Below, piece by piece: positions 30,985 through 41,625 of a DNA stretch of 64,000 bases. The notes under the pieces are model-generated. The model saw only the letters and a list, made by a program, of their open reading frames with translations, was not told where the DNA came from and did no database searches. How positions within the stretch are numbered: position 1 is the stretch's first letter; the number at the start of each line of letters is the position of its first letter. Made by a program: the position numbers and the translations under genes. Source of the DNA: Bacteriovoracaceae bacterium (lineage in GTDB: Bacteria > Bdellovibrionota > Bacteriovoracia > Bacteriovoracales > Bacteriovoracaceae); assembly GCA_965217035.1 (NCBI GenBank), contig OZ244226.1, forward strand, positions 1-64,000, given 5' to 3'.

Positions 30985-31066
30985 TTACAAAAATACTCAG
31001 AATTTACACAAAGCGGAAAGAGCTGCCTTGATGCTTTAACCTAGTCCTTACTGACATAATAAAAGA

Positions 31067-31948
31067 ATGACAGGACGTTGGGAATACTCGTTTAGCAGTA
31101 TTTTAAAAAAGTTAGACCGTTGGGTGGAAGCAGGATTTAATTTTCTGCCTAATTTTCTTGTCGCCTTGATTGTTCTCTACATGTTTTACTATGCCGGTAA
31201 AATACTAAAAGAGATTTATATCAAAGTTCTTAATAAGTTTTCAGACAATAGTGTTGTTAATCGCTTAGTAGGAACAGGGCTCTATGTTCTTTCTGCTGGT
31301 ATCGGGGTCGCTGCGGCCCTCTCTGTTTTAAAACTTGATAAAGCGGTTTACTCACTCCTTGCCGGTGCTGGGGTTATCGGTCTTGCTCTCGGTTTTGCTT
31401 TTCAAGAAATTGCATCGAATTTCATAGCCGGTGTTCTCATTGCTTTTACTAAGCCCTATAAAATTGGTGATATTGTCGAAGTCAAAGGACATGTTGGTGA
31501 AGTTCATGCAATTGACCTAAGAACAACTGCAATTGAAACTTATCAAGGATTAGATGTTATTGTTCCAAATAAAGAAATGTTTACACAGCTTATGATTAAT
31601 TATTCGGCAACTCCAAAACGTCGAATTGATCTTAATATTGGGGTTTCCTATAGTTCAGATCTTGAACTTGTTGAAAAGATCACCCGAGAAGCACTTGAAG
31701 ATGTTTCAGGAAGAATTAACTCAAAGCCTATTGATATTTTCTATCGTGAGTTTGGAGACAGCTCTATTAATCTTTTGGCCCATGTATGGGTTCGCTATCC
31801 AGGAAATCGAGCTTTTTATCAATCTATTCATGAATGCATTATGTGTGTAAAAAAATCTTATGATGAGCATGGTGTGACGATTCCATTTCCGATTCGTACG
31901 ATCGATTTAGGGCTTTCCCATCAAATTTTAAAAGATATGACATCCTAG
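31067..31948 (+). CDS. mscS: Small-conductance mechanosensitive channel (MscS family)
   Basis: GLALGFAFQ, PYKIGDIV, VPN, FGDSSIN, IPFP. Confidence 0.9.
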   Translation: MTGRWEYSFSSILKKLDRWVEAGFNFLPNFLVALIVLYMFYYAGKILKEIYIKVLNKFSDNSVVNRLVGTGLYVLSAGIGVAAALSVLKLDKAVYSLLAGAGVIGLALGFAFQEIASNFIAGVLIAFTKPYKIGDIVEVKGHVGEVHAIDLRTTAIETYQGLDVIVPNKEMFTQLMINYSATPKRRIDLNIGVSYSSDLELVEKITREALEDVSGRINSKPIDIFYREFGDSSINLLAHVWVRYPGNRAFYQSIHECIMCVKKSYDEHGVTIPFPIRTIDLGLSHQILKDMTS

Positions 31949-32213
31949 AGTTTTAAATTTAGTTTTTATCCCAAGCTCTCCTGAAAAAATAATGGTTTAT
32001 TCCAGCTTTAACATCAGTTAAGCTTGGGGAGCTGAGCTAATGCAACAGAAGAATGTTTAAATTCTAGGCAATGATCAGATGGGCATAAAAAGAGGCGTTT
32101 CTATTGCTAAAGACCAACGATTAAATAGTGTAAAAAGTACACTAAATCATTAAAATTAATAATCTTTTCAATTCTAGTTGAACCATTTGAGAATGCCTCT
32201 TATATTGCGGTGC

Positions 32214-33335
32214 ATGAAGGTTTTAGCGCTCTTCACTTTTCTATTTTCAGGCACTTATGCCTTCTCTCAGCTTAAGTATGAGAGTGGTTATGTTTCACGA
32301 CAGGTGGGTTTCTGGAAAAAGATTTATACAGATTACTCTGGTGATCAAACGATCATTCACGATAGATTTGAGCCTTCTATTATCTATAGAATTATCGATC
32401 ACAAAAACTACACTCATCATGGGCGTATAAAAAAGGTTAGAAAGAATCTTAGAGAGGTTCGAACTCTTTTAAAAAAAATTCATAGAAAGCGTTTCAAAAA
32501 TCTTAAACTAAGTGAAAGACATCTTCTCTCACGTATCCCTAAACCTTATCGGAGTAATTTCTCCAAAAGGATTAAGGGAGTTAAATACCAACAAGGGATG
32601 AAAGAGAAATTCCAAGATGGTGTTGGGCGATCTTTTCTTTACCTTAAACATATTGAAGAGATTCTAGAGAAACAAGGGCTTCCAAAGCAACTGATTTATC
32701 TTCCTCACGTTGAGAGTTCTTTTAATTACAAGGCCTACTCTAAAGTTGGAGCTGCCGGGATCTGGCAGTTTATGAGAAGAAGCGGGAAACAATATGGCCT
32801 TCGGATTGGAAAATATATTGATGAAAGACTCGATCCTATTAAGGCTTCTCAAGCCGCTGCCAAAATGCTTAAGGACAATTATAGAATTCTTAAATCTTGG
32901 CCCTTAGCGATTACTGCTTATAATCATGGTCCTTATGGCCTTAAAAAATATATGAAAAAGATTGGAACTAATGATTTCGAGACGATCCTTAATCAATATA
33001 AGCGAAAAAGTTTTAGTTTTGCTTCAAGAAATTTTTATGCTTCTTTTATTGCTGCGGTTGAAGTTGCGGAGGAATATAAAATTCATTTCAATAAAATTTC
33101 GAATCAAGCAAGTCTTAGTTTTGAATCATTTAAGATCAAGCGATATACTCGAGTAAAAACTCTTATGAAGAGATATTCGCTTTCTCGAGAGAAATTTAAG
33201 TTCTTTAATCCGCACATTAAGTATAAGGCCATCAATCGCAATGCAGTTATTCCTATAGGCATAATTATTAGAGTTCCTGAAAGATCTAAGCTCGCTGATA
33301 AGGAAGAAAGTTCGCTATCAACTTCTCGATCTTAA
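32214..33335 (+). CDS. Lytic murein transglycosylase (SLT, MltD-like) with degenerate C-terminal LysM
   Basis: LPHVESSF, AAGIWQF, DERLDP, AITAYNHG. Confidence 0.9.
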   Translation: MKVLALFTFLFSGTYAFSQLKYESGYVSRQVGFWKKIYTDYSGDQTIIHDRFEPSIIYRIIDHKNYTHHGRIKKVRKNLREVRTLLKKIHRKRFKNLKLSERHLLSRIPKPYRSNFSKRIKGVKYQQGMKEKFQDGVGRSFLYLKHIEEILEKQGLPKQLIYLPHVESSFNYKAYSKVGAAGIWQFMRRSGKQYGLRIGKYIDERLDPIKASQAAAKMLKDNYRILKSWPLAITAYNHGPYGLKKYMKKIGTNDFETILNQYKRKSFSFASRNFYASFIAAVEVAEEYKIHFNKISNQASLSFESFKIKRYTRVKTLMKRYSLSREKFKFFNPHIKYKAINRNAVIPIGIIIRVPERSKLADKEESSLSTSRS

Positions 33336-33731
33336 GGAAATCATTCCAAGTAAAAGCCATCCGATCATAAATGAAGTTCCTCCAAGGGGAACAATTAAGG
33401 CGAAAATCTTAATGCCTGTCACTGCATAGGCATAACAACAAAAAGAGAAGAGAGTGATCCCCAGATAGAAAAGTCTTTCCACCCATTTAGATTGAATATT
33501 AAAACTATGTGAAATAAGGGCCAGGAATATTAAACCAAAGGCATGAGTATAATGGTAGAAATTCCCTGTTTTGAAAGTTTCTAATGCTTTCTCAGAGACT
33601 TTTCCTTCAAGACCATGGGCTCCAAAGGCTCCGATCCCAACGGCCAAAAAAAGTAGGAAACTGGCATTTTTAATGAGTCTTTTATGAGAGGTAACGATGT
33701 TTTTCGAATTGAGTGTTGAATTTTTCTCCAT
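33318..33731 (-). CDS. DUF423 membrane protein
   Basis: GAFGAHGL, YH..HA, LFS..Y, PLGG..F..GW. Confidence 0.85.
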   Translation of the reverse strand: MEKNSTLNSKNIVTSHKRLIKNASFLLFLAVGIGAFGAHGLEGKVSEKALETFKTGNFYHYTHAFGLIFLALISHSFNIQSKWVERLFYLGITLFSFCCYAYAVTGIKIFALIVPLGGTSFMIGWLLLGMISLRSRS

Positions 33732-34728
33732 TCTGAAATCCTTGATTATACGCCGTATGATTGACGTGGTTTCTAGAATAAGTTCTAGAGAGTTTAGGAT
33801 AAACCATGGATTCTGCTTTTTGTAGTTCTTGTTTGTAGAGTTGAAGTGCTTTTTTAGTTTCAGCAGAGTATTTCTTCTGTTTTTCTTTTAACTGGTGGCA
33901 AACTCCGTGAGAAAAACCCTGAAAGAATGAATTCTTCGAACTGATTCCCTTGAGGTTTGTTTGTTCTTTCCAGATATTATCAAGTGTATTATTGAGATAT
34001 TGAAAAACATCAGTACATTGCTGGATTTGTTCCCAATTTCCATAAGTTTCAAACTGAAGCCCAGCATTCGTATAATGAAAAACAACAGCAAAGTTCATCG
34101 TTTCAAGAATTTCATAAATTGCTTGAAGTTTAGAGTTCTTTCTTTTTACTGCATCTAAAATCTGAAGGAAATAGGATTCAGTCTCATCTTTGACTGAATC
34201 TTTTAACATCAAGGCTTGAGCTTTTTCTAATGCAAGCATTGCCTCGTTTTCATTATCGCTGTTAGAGAGCGCCATGAGTTTTTTATAACGTCTTTCAGCT
34301 GCCTCTCTTTTAATATCTATTTCAGCTTCTTCGATAGTTGCTGAGGAAATTTGATCACCCCAACCATAAGACTTACAAAAACTTTGAAATTCTTTTCCAT
34401 GGGCCTCTACTGATGATCCGTGGATTATATAAACGAAATAATGAGCGAGTTCATGTTTTAAAAGATCAACTAAAACTCCTCGAGAAAGCCTTTTCGCATA
34501 ATTATAGTTAATGAGAATTTTGTAGGTTCTATGGTCAAAATAGGCGAGGAGAGTCTTTTGATTTTTTCTTTCGTCTTGATAGGAGAGAACTTTAATTGGA
34601 AATTTATAACCTTGGTAAAGAAAGCGGTTACGGCCGACTTGGATACCCATCTCGAATTGAAGGATATCCTTTATAAGGGATTCACAGGAAGCATTGAATC
34701 TGAGAATTTCCTGTGAATACACTTGCAT
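33682..34728 (-). CDS. SprT-like zinc metalloprotease domain + DUF2786-like domain
   Basis: HELAH...HGKEF; KKLMALS.S.NENEA..A..KAQ.LM. Confidence 0.75.
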   Translation of the reverse strand: MQVYSQEILRFNASCESLIKDILQFEMGIQVGRNRFLYQGYKFPIKVLSYQDERKNQKTLLAYFDHRTYKILINYNYAKRLSRGVLVDLLKHELAHYFVYIIHGSSVEAHGKEFQSFCKSYGWGDQISSATIEEAEIDIKREAAERRYKKLMALSNSDNENEAMLALEKAQALMLKDSVKDETESYFLQILDAVKRKNSKLQAIYEILETMNFAVVFHYTNAGLQFETYGNWEQIQQCTDVFQYLNNTLDNIWKEQTNLKGISSKNSFFQGFSHGVCHQLKEKQKKYSAETKKALQLYKQELQKAESMVYPKLSRTYSRNHVNHTAYNQGFQNGEKFNTQFEKHRYLS

Positions 34729-34729
34729 A

Positions 34730-35494
34730 TTATTTGCCTTTAATTATTGAAGCGACGTAATCGCGATTCATTCGAGCAATATTACTCAGATTGATTCCTT
34801 TAGGACAACTGGCCTCGCATTCAGCATGATTAGTACAGTTTCCGAATCCTAAATCATCCATTGTTTCTACCATATTTCGAGCTCTGGCTCTAGCTTCAGG
34901 CTCTCCCTGTGGTAATAATGACAATTGTGAAACCTTAGCCCCTACAAAAAGCATCGCAGAGCCGTTAGGGCAGCTGGCCACACAGGCAGCACAACCAATA
35001 CAGGCTGCCGCATCCATTGCTAGGTCGGCATTGACCTTAGAAATAGGAATAGCGTTAGCATCAGGAGCGTTTCCTGTGCTTGCTGTAATATAACCTCCAG
35101 CTGCAATGATTTCATCAAAGGCACCTCGGTCTGTCATCAGATCTTTTAAGACTGGGAAGGGTTTTGCTCTAAAAGGCTCAATTGCAATTTCGTCACCATC
35201 TTTGAATTGCCTCATATGAAGCTGGCAAGTTGTGGTTCTGGCTTGAGGTCCGTGAGCTTCGCCATTAATCATAAGAGAGCACATCCCACAAATTCCTTCT
35301 CGACAATCATGATCAAAAGCAACAGGATCTTCATTATTAGCGATTAGTTTTTCATTGAGTTGATCAAGCATTTCTAAAAATGAGACATCAGGTGAAACAT
35401 TCTCAAGAACATAATCAACCATTTGCCCTTTAGTGTTATTATTTTTCTGTCGCCATATTTTTAGCTTTAATGTCATATTGTTATTACTGCTCAT
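34730..35494 (-). CDS. sdhB: Succinate dehydrogenase/fumarate reductase iron-sulfur subunit
   Basis: [33 protein letters not shown]. Confidence 0.96.
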   Translation of the reverse strand: MSSNNNMTLKLKIWRQKNNNTKGQMVDYVLENVSPDVSFLEMLDQLNEKLIANNEDPVAFDHDCREGICGMCSLMINGEAHGPQARTTTCQLHMRQFKDGDEIAIEPFRAKPFPVLKDLMTDRGAFDEIIAAGGYITASTGNAPDANAIPISKVNADLAMDAAACIGCAACVASCPNGSAMLFVGAKVSQLSLLPQGEPEARARARNMVETMDDLGFGNCTNHAECEASCPKGINLSNIARMNRDYVASIIKGK

Positions 35495-35503
35495 AATAAA
35501 CCT

Positions 35504-37423
35504 CTACTTATAACTTCTTTGAGTTAAAGGAACATTCTCAAAACTTAGTTCTTCTTTATGCCGAGTTGGAACTTTGTCAACTCCATGAAATTCCCAGACA
35601 GCACCATGACAAAAGTTCTCATCGTCACGTTTAGCTTCGTTTTCTTCTGTTTGGGATTCTTCTCTAAAGTGACCTCCACAAGACTCTCTTCTTTCAAGAG
35701 CATCTCTTGCCATCAATTCTCCCATCTCTAAGAAGTCAGCAACTCGAGTTGCTTTTTCTAATTCTGTATTAACTCCAAGACTTTCACCAGTGACGTTAAC
35801 GTCTTGCCAGAATTCGTTTCTTAGATCTTGAATCTCTTTGATCGCGGTATTAAGGCCTGTTTCGTTTCGACTCATCCCGACGTGTTCCCACATAATCTTT
35901 CCAAGTTTTTTATGAATCGATTCTGGAGACTGAGATCCTTTAATGTTTAAGAGTTTATCAAGTTGTCCTCTTGAGTTTTCAAGTGCTTCTTTAAATGCCG
36001 GATGATCTGTCGTTATTGTTTGATCAATAGTCTCTGACGCAAAGTAATGTCCAATTGTGTATGGAATGACAAAATATCCATCTGCAAGACCCTGCATCAG
36101 TGCCGAAGCACCAAGCCTATTGGCCCCATGATCAGAAAAGTTCGCTTCTCCGAGTACATGAAGTCCTTTGATTGTACTCATCAAGTTATAATCGACCCAA
36201 AGTCCTCCCATTGTGTAGTGAACGGCAGGGTAAATTCTCATTGGCTTTTTATAAGGGTTATCATCTGTAATTCTTTCATACATTTCAAAGAGGTTTCCAT
36301 ATCTTTGTCGAATAGCTTCTTCACCATCTCTTTGAATTGCATCTTTAAAATCAAGATAAACAGCAACCCCTGTTTCACCAACTCCTTTACCGTCATCGAC
36401 TTGGTTTTTTGCATTCCGTGAAGCCACATCTCTTGGGACTAAGTTTCCAAAAGAAGGGTAGATTCGTTCAAGATAATAATCTCTTTCTTCCTCTGGGATT
36501 TCACTTGCTGGTCTTTTATCACCTTTATTTTTTGGTACCCAAACCCGTCCATCGTTTCTGAGGGACTCAGACATTAATGTGAGTTTAGATTGGTTTTCCC
36601 CATGTTGAGGCAGACAAGTAGGGTGAATTTGTGTGAAGCAAGGATTCGCAAACATGGCGCCTTTTTTATAAGCTTTCCATGCTGCCGTACAATTTGATGA
36701 CATGGCATTTGTAGAAAGGTAATAAGCATTTCCATAACCACCTGTAGCCAGAATAACGGCATCAGCATGATAAGTTTCAAGTTCTCCTGTTGCTACGTTC
36801 CTGACAACAATTCCTCGAGCTTGGTCATTAACGATAACAACATCGGTTAGCTCTCTTCGAGTATAGAGTTGAATTTTTCCCTGGCTTACCATTTTCATCA
36901 TTCCTGAATAGCATCCAAGAAGAAGTTGTTGACCGGTTTGTCCTCGAGCGTAGAAAGTTCGAGAAACTTGAGCCCCTCCAAAAGAACGGTTCGCAAGATA
37001 ACCGCCGTACTCTCGTGCAAAAGGAACACCTTGAGAAACACATTGATCGATAATATTGTTAGAGACTTGAGCGAGACGGTAAACATTAGCTTCTCGAGAT
37101 CTGTAATCTCCACCTTTTACAGTGTCATAAAAAAGTCTCCAGATTGAATCACCATCGTTCGGATAGTTTTTCGCAGCATTAATTCCCCCTTGGGCAGCGA
37201 TTGAGTGAGCTCTTCGCGGAGAATCTTGAATACAAAAAGATTTTACGTCATAACCAAGTTCAGCAAGTGAAGCAGCTGCACTTCCACCAGCAAGTCCAGT
37301 CCCCACGACGATAACAGAGAACTTTCTTTTATTGGCAGGATTAACAAGCTTCATGTCGAAGCGGTGCTTGTCCCACTTTTCTTCAATCTTTCCACCTGGA
37401 ATTTTTGCGTCTAATTTACTCAT
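35504..37423 (-). CDS. sdhA: Succinate dehydrogenase/fumarate reductase flavoprotein subunit
   Basis: [42 protein letters not shown]. Confidence 0.96.
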   Translation of the reverse strand: MSKLDAKIPGGKIEEKWDKHRFDMKLVNPANKRKFSVIVVGTGLAGGSAAASLAELGYDVKSFCIQDSPRRAHSIAAQGGINAAKNYPNDGDSIWRLFYDTVKGGDYRSREANVYRLAQVSNNIIDQCVSQGVPFAREYGGYLANRSFGGAQVSRTFYARGQTGQQLLLGCYSGMMKMVSQGKIQLYTRRELTDVVIVNDQARGIVVRNVATGELETYHADAVILATGGYGNAYYLSTNAMSSNCTAAWKAYKKGAMFANPCFTQIHPTCLPQHGENQSKLTLMSESLRNDGRVWVPKNKGDKRPASEIPEEERDYYLERIYPSFGNLVPRDVASRNAKNQVDDGKGVGETGVAVYLDFKDAIQRDGEEAIRQRYGNLFEMYERITDDNPYKKPMRIYPAVHYTMGGLWVDYNLMSTIKGLHVLGEANFSDHGANRLGASALMQGLADGYFVIPYTIGHYFASETIDQTITTDHPAFKEALENSRGQLDKLLNIKGSQSPESIHKKLGKIMWEHVGMSRNETGLNTAIKEIQDLRNEFWQDVNVTGESLGVNTELEKATRVADFLEMGELMARDALERRESCGGHFREESQTEENEAKRDDENFCHGAVWEFHGVDKVPTRHKEELSFENVPLTQRSYK

Positions 37424-37432
37424 ATCTTTTCC

Positions 37433-38119
37433 TTAATTTTGAAAATAACAAAATACTGTCACAACACTAAAGCCGACACTTACGAGAACTGCATAAAAGC
37501 AACTGATCTTTTTTATGATCGGAGTGTAAGTCTCATGGTTTATTCCAAGTGATTGGAAGGTTGATTGAAAACCATGACCAGTGTGGAGAGCGATGGCTAC
37601 CATAGAAACGATATACCAAATAACATTTACAGGGTTTGCAAAGTATTCAATCGTTGTTTTGTAAAGATCTCTAACTTCTTCTCCATCAAGCATTGTCGTG
37701 TAATAAGTTCCGAATTTTAAATTTAAAAGATGAAGCACAAGAAAAACTAGAATAATAAAGCCTGTAATTGGCATGGTTGCTGAGGCAAAAGTCTCTCCTC
37801 GGCCTGTTCTTTTCTTTACATGATAACGACCTTTAGACTTTTTATTTTCTAAAGTAAGTTTGAAGGCCAAGCCTATATGAACCAAGAACATTCCACTCAA
37901 AAGAGTTTCAGCAGTATAGAGAAGGGCCTTGTTTTTTGTAAGAGTATGAGCATAAAAATTAAAAGCATCTGGTCCTAAGAATAAAGAAAAATTCCCAAGA
38001 AGATGGGCCACTAAAAAACCACAAAGTCCTAAGCCGGTTAAGGCCATGATTTGTTTTCGGCCAACACTGGAGCTCATATAGCTTACTAAAGGATTTCTTG
38101 CACCAACAGATGCGCTCAT
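37433..38119 (-). CDS. sdhC: Succinate dehydrogenase cytochrome b subunit (b558 family)
   Basis: SSVGRKQIMALTG, conserved His in TMs, HGFQSTFQSLG. Confidence 0.92.
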   Translation of the reverse strand: MSASVGARNPLVSYMSSSVGRKQIMALTGLGLCGFLVAHLLGNFSLFLGPDAFNFYAHTLTKNKALLYTAETLLSGMFLVHIGLAFKLTLENKKSKGRYHVKKRTGRGETFASATMPITGFIILVFLVLHLLNLKFGTYYTTMLDGEEVRDLYKTTIEYFANPVNVIWYIVSMVAIALHTGHGFQSTFQSLGINHETYTPIIKKISCFYAVLVSVGFSVVTVFCYFQN

Positions 38120-38340
38120 AATTTCACCTCAAAGTTATTGATTTTATTAGCTCTATGATAGGGAAAACTTATTTAAAAGTATACCTACGGCAGTTTTAAT
38201 ATCGCTTGGATACAACTCATGTTTAACACTTTTGGTAGGCTTATCAAACATAAGCTTCTCACCGCCATTTGCCTTATTTTGTTGGCAAAAAGTTTTAAAT
38301 CATGGCCTTAAAAAAAGATAAAAAAATTTAAAATTATTCC

Positions 38341-38368
38341 TAATGATTCTAGTCGGTTAAGACGATAA
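38341..38368 (+). promoter_or_regulatory. FliA-like promoter of flp
   Basis: TAAT-N16-GACGATAA. Confidence 0.5.
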
Positions 38369-38465
38369 GAGTGGGGTATAGCAATGAAGCACTTGTTTTT
38401 AACTAGGGTCAAACCTAAAAACAGTCTAAACTAATTATATAGAACCTTTTACGGAGGGTACGATT

Positions 38466-38666
38466 ATGAAGAGGATTTGGGGACACATTAAAGCATTTCT
38501 CAAAGATGAGGAAGGTCAAACATCGATGGAGTACATCCTGATTTTAGCTTTGGTTGCAGTTGTGATCATGAAGTTAAAAGGTAAGTTTGAAGAAAAGTTA
38601 ACGGGAAGCGGTGGTCTCATGGACACTATTTTCGACAGAGTTAATGACGTCGCAAACGACATTTAG
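38466..38666 (+). CDS. flp: Flp family type IVb pilin
   Basis: FLKDEEG|QTSMEY plus hydrophobic helix; SD GGAGG. Confidence 0.9.
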   Translation: MKRIWGHIKAFLKDEEGQTSMEYILILALVAVVIMKLKGKFEEKLTGSGGLMDTIFDRVNDVANDI

Positions 38667-38709
38667 CAAACGTTTACACTTTTCCAGTATTCAAACTTAA
38701 GGCAGGGGT

Positions 38710-39210
38710 ATGAAAAATATCGAGTTCTTTATCTATTCGTTTATCTGCATTCAAGTAGTCTTTGTTGCAATCTACGATATAAAGCACAAAAAGATTTCTA
38801 ACCAATGGAGTCTTCTCAACCTTGCTCTTTTTGTAAGTTTCCTTTTTATTTTTCCAGAAATGTATCAATTTAAAGCAGAGACATTTCTCTTTTCTATTGT
38901 TTTTATCGTTGTAGGTTTTTTTGGTTATCTCATTCGAGTGGTAGGAGCAGGAGACTCTAAATATCTTTTCTCGCTTTTTCTTCTTACTCCACAGATATGG
39001 CACGAAAAGACCTTTACGTTATTATTTATCTCAACCGCGATTATTGGTGGTTTCAGTATCTTCACTCAAGTGATTCAAAACTACGAAAAAATCGTTGCAT
39101 ACGCTAAGTCAGGCTACATGTCCGGGATTAGAACTTGTCTTGGGAATAAGTTCCCATTTGCGCCGGTTATCCTAATGTCGTGGTTATGGCTCGGTTTCTA
39201 TGTCTTTTGA
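38710..39210 (+). CDS. cpaA: Prepilin peptidase, A24 family (CpaA/TadV)
   Basis: YDIKHKKISN, GAGDSK, PFAP; follows flp. Confidence 0.85.
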   Translation: MKNIEFFIYSFICIQVVFVAIYDIKHKKISNQWSLLNLALFVSFLFIFPEMYQFKAETFLFSIVFIVVGFFGYLIRVVGAGDSKYLFSLFLLTPQIWHEKTFTLLFISTAIIGGFSIFTQVIQNYEKIVAYAKSGYMSGIRTCLGNKFPFAPVILMSWLWLGFYVF

Positions 39211-39336
39211 TCGTTTGTTTAGCACGCTGGTAGTTTCTTAGTGAAATGATGTCAAACTTCAATTGTCTCTACAGTAAATCAGATTGAATGATATCTCATC
39301 ATAGTATGCTTTAATAAACCTCATTATATCGATAAT

Positions 39337-39364
39337 AAAAAAGCTGAGAGTCATTTCTCAGCTT
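39337..39364 (-). terminator. Intrinsic terminator of the repeat-protein operon
   Basis: AAGCTGAGA...TCTCAGCTT stem with a 5' A-run (T-tail on the minus strand). Confidence 0.65.
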
Positions 39365-39417
39365 GATTATAAAATTCTAACTACTCGATGCTTATCTATC
39401 TGCTACTTTATGAGCAG

Positions 39418-41037
39418 CTATTTAACTTTAGAAAAGTCTATAAAGCTAATATCTGCACCTGTGGAATCAAAGCCCGATAAATCATAGTTTTCTGGAAGAG
39501 TGATTTGTGCCAAAGAGCTGGCCATAGCAAGAGACTTAACATCTAAGTCTTTTACGAGAGAAAAGTCTACTTTCCACAGGTTCTTACCAGTTGGCTTGAA
39601 CCCTTTAAGGCTCATAGCAGGTAACTTACTCGCGACAATAGTATCTGACTCTTCGAGCATTTTTATTGTAAGCCCCTTTGTTTTACTCAGATCCATGCGT
39701 ATCAGTCGAGTACCTTTTCCATTAAAACCAGTAAAATCAAAATTTTCTGCAAGTGCTACTTCATCTAAGTTTATGGCCCCTGAAAGTTTCGTCCCGGTAA
39801 GAGTTTTTGCTTTAGAAAAATCCATAGCATGAAAGTCTCTTGCCATATTTAAACAAGAGAAATCGAACGCTTCAGGCAGTCTTGTCCAGACCATACGAGC
39901 AACACTCTCGTTTAAATGGTGACAAGTTAGATTCTTAGACTTCGTTAAGTCTGGGCCAAAAAGATTTTTTCCTTTAAGGCTTACGTTCTTGAAGTCAAAA
40001 CCATCAGGAAGTTTAATATGAGTAATATCCAAGGCATTGTTAATATGTTCACTATTAAGACCTTGCACTTCTTTTAGATCAGTGAATTCAAGTCCCATAC
40101 CAGTTGTATCGATTCCAGAAATATCGATTCCTTTAGGAAGAGATTTCGGTATTTGTTTCATGACTTGTAAGTCTTTAGCCGTAATCCCTGTCATATCTGC
40201 AAAAGAAACTCCATATAGGTCTTTCGCTTTAAAATCGATCGTTGAAAAATCAAGTTTTGGAAGATTTACATAGGGGATAGTATTAAAAAGATCAACTACG
40301 CTATTAGGCATATTTACTGTCTCAGAGAAATCTGTAAAAAAAAGATGTTCTCTATTTGGTTTATAACCTGTCAGATCTAAGCCTTTTGGAAGAATTGTAC
40401 TTAAAGCTGATGGCGCTTTTGATAATATTTTTGCAGTAAAGTTTTTTGTCTCTGTTAAATCGATAAAGTCTAAGCCTAAATGAGGAGCTTTAAAAGATGT
40501 AAAATCAAAGCCCTTAGGCAGTATTATGCTGCTAATTGATTTGGCTTCAGAAAGTTGTTTCGCCGTCAAACCTTTTACTTTAGAAAAGTCTGATTGAAAA
40601 AGGTCTCTTCCTGCAAAAGAAACTTTTGAAATATCAAAGTTCTCTGGGTAGTGAACACCTCTTATAGATTTTGCCTCATTTAAATGTTTTGCCGTCAAAC
40701 CTTTCACTTTAGAGAAGTTTACTAAATATAGACTCTTTCCTTTCGTTTTTAAATTTGTAACATCAAATCCTTCTGGTAGCTTTACACCAGAAATTACTGC
40801 TGCTTCGTTGAGCATCTCTACTGTTAGTCCCTTTGCTTTCGAAAAATTAAGGTGAGAAATATCTCTTCCCTTTGTCTTTAGATCAGAAACACAAAAACTT
40901 TCAGGGAGAGTAATTCCTTTTATATCTTTTGCCTTGTTCAACATATCTATTGTTAATGAGTATTCCTTGGATTGTTCACAGGCCAACGAGTTAAACGTTA
41001 GAAGAGTTGTCGTTAGTAATAAATGATGTATTTTCAT
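39418..41037 (-). CDS. Secreted solenoid protein with about 12 tandem ~43-aa repeats
   Basis: Signal peptide; consensus LTx(2)MLxxAxxIxxIxLPxxFDxxxxxxxGxxLxxxDFSKxKG. Confidence 0.85.
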   Translation of the reverse strand: MKIHHLLLTTTLLTFNSLACEQSKEYSLTIDMLNKAKDIKGITLPESFCVSDLKTKGRDISHLNFSKAKGLTVEMLNEAAVISGVKLPEGFDVTNLKTKGKSLYLVNFSKVKGLTAKHLNEAKSIRGVHYPENFDISKVSFAGRDLFQSDFSKVKGLTAKQLSEAKSISSIILPKGFDFTSFKAPHLGLDFIDLTETKNFTAKILSKAPSALSTILPKGLDLTGYKPNREHLFFTDFSETVNMPNSVVDLFNTIPYVNLPKLDFSTIDFKAKDLYGVSFADMTGITAKDLQVMKQIPKSLPKGIDISGIDTTGMGLEFTDLKEVQGLNSEHINNALDITHIKLPDGFDFKNVSLKGKNLFGPDLTKSKNLTCHHLNESVARMVWTRLPEAFDFSCLNMARDFHAMDFSKAKTLTGTKLSGAINLDEVALAENFDFTGFNGKGTRLIRMDLSKTKGLTIKMLEESDTIVASKLPAMSLKGFKPTGKNLWKVDFSLVKDLDVKSLAMASSLAQITLPENYDLSGFDSTGADISFIDFSKVK

Positions 41038-41051
41038 ATATAAGTCCCTTA

Positions 41052-41549
41052 TTATTTTTCTAATAATTTTTTAAAAAATTTATGAGTTCTTGGAAGAGCT
41101 GCTCCAACATACCTTCCATTAAGCTGGTCGTTTTTGTCGAAAAAGAAAAAAGATGCAGAATATCTTGCGTTTAATTCTACTGAAACGGAACCGGCCTCAA
41201 TGGGATTTGATGTCATTATTACAAAAGGAATTTTCCCATGATATTGTGCTAAAAAGTCATCAATTTCAGCTCTTACTTTATCAGAGACGAGTAGCTTAAT
41301 ATAAACATGAGGATTTTTCTTTTTGAATTCCGTAAGATGGTGGATCGAAATTTTAAACCATGGGCAATGAGAAAAGCCATGAACAATTAAAAGGTTTGTA
41401 CCTTCTTTTCTAGAAGTCAAAAGAGCTTTTCCTTTACTTCCATCAGGGTAGTAATGCTTTACAGTTTTTTTAGGAGCGGGATCTCCTATGATTAATGCGA
41501 ATGAATTAAAGCACACTAACAGAAGTGTACTTAGCAAAAAAAATTTCAT
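41052..41549 (-). CDS. Secreted thioredoxin-fold (AhpC/TlpA-like) protein with single Cys
   Basis: IGDPAP, FSHCPWF, FFFDK..L..RYVG; SD GGAGG. Confidence 0.6.
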   Translation of the reverse strand: MKFFLLSTLLLVCFNSFALIIGDPAPKKTVKHYYPDGSKGKALLTSRKEGTNLLIVHGFSHCPWFKISIHHLTEFKKKNPHVYIKLLVSDKVRAEIDDFLAQYHGKIPFVIMTSNPIEAGSVSVELNARYSASFFFFDKNDQLNGRYVGAALPRTHKFFKKLLEK

Positions 41550-41608
41550 TTATTCCTCCAAACAAAGAAGCTTAACTTAATTCATTTTAAGTATTTTTCA
41601 ACCATGGA

Positions 41609-41625
41609 ATGCAATGAATGTGCCA
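41609..41625 (-). promoter_or_regulatory. sigma54 (RpoN) -24/-12 promoter
   Basis: Minus strand TGGCACATTCATTGCAT matches TGGCAC-N5-TTGCW, about 60 nt upstream of the ATG at 41549. Confidence 0.75.

Noticed and set aside
31969..32030. Alternative inverted repeats (CCCAAGCT/AGCTTGGG) upstream of the SLT gene as a riboswitch
   Set aside because: No known aptamer motif; more simply a terminator-like hairpin after mscS.
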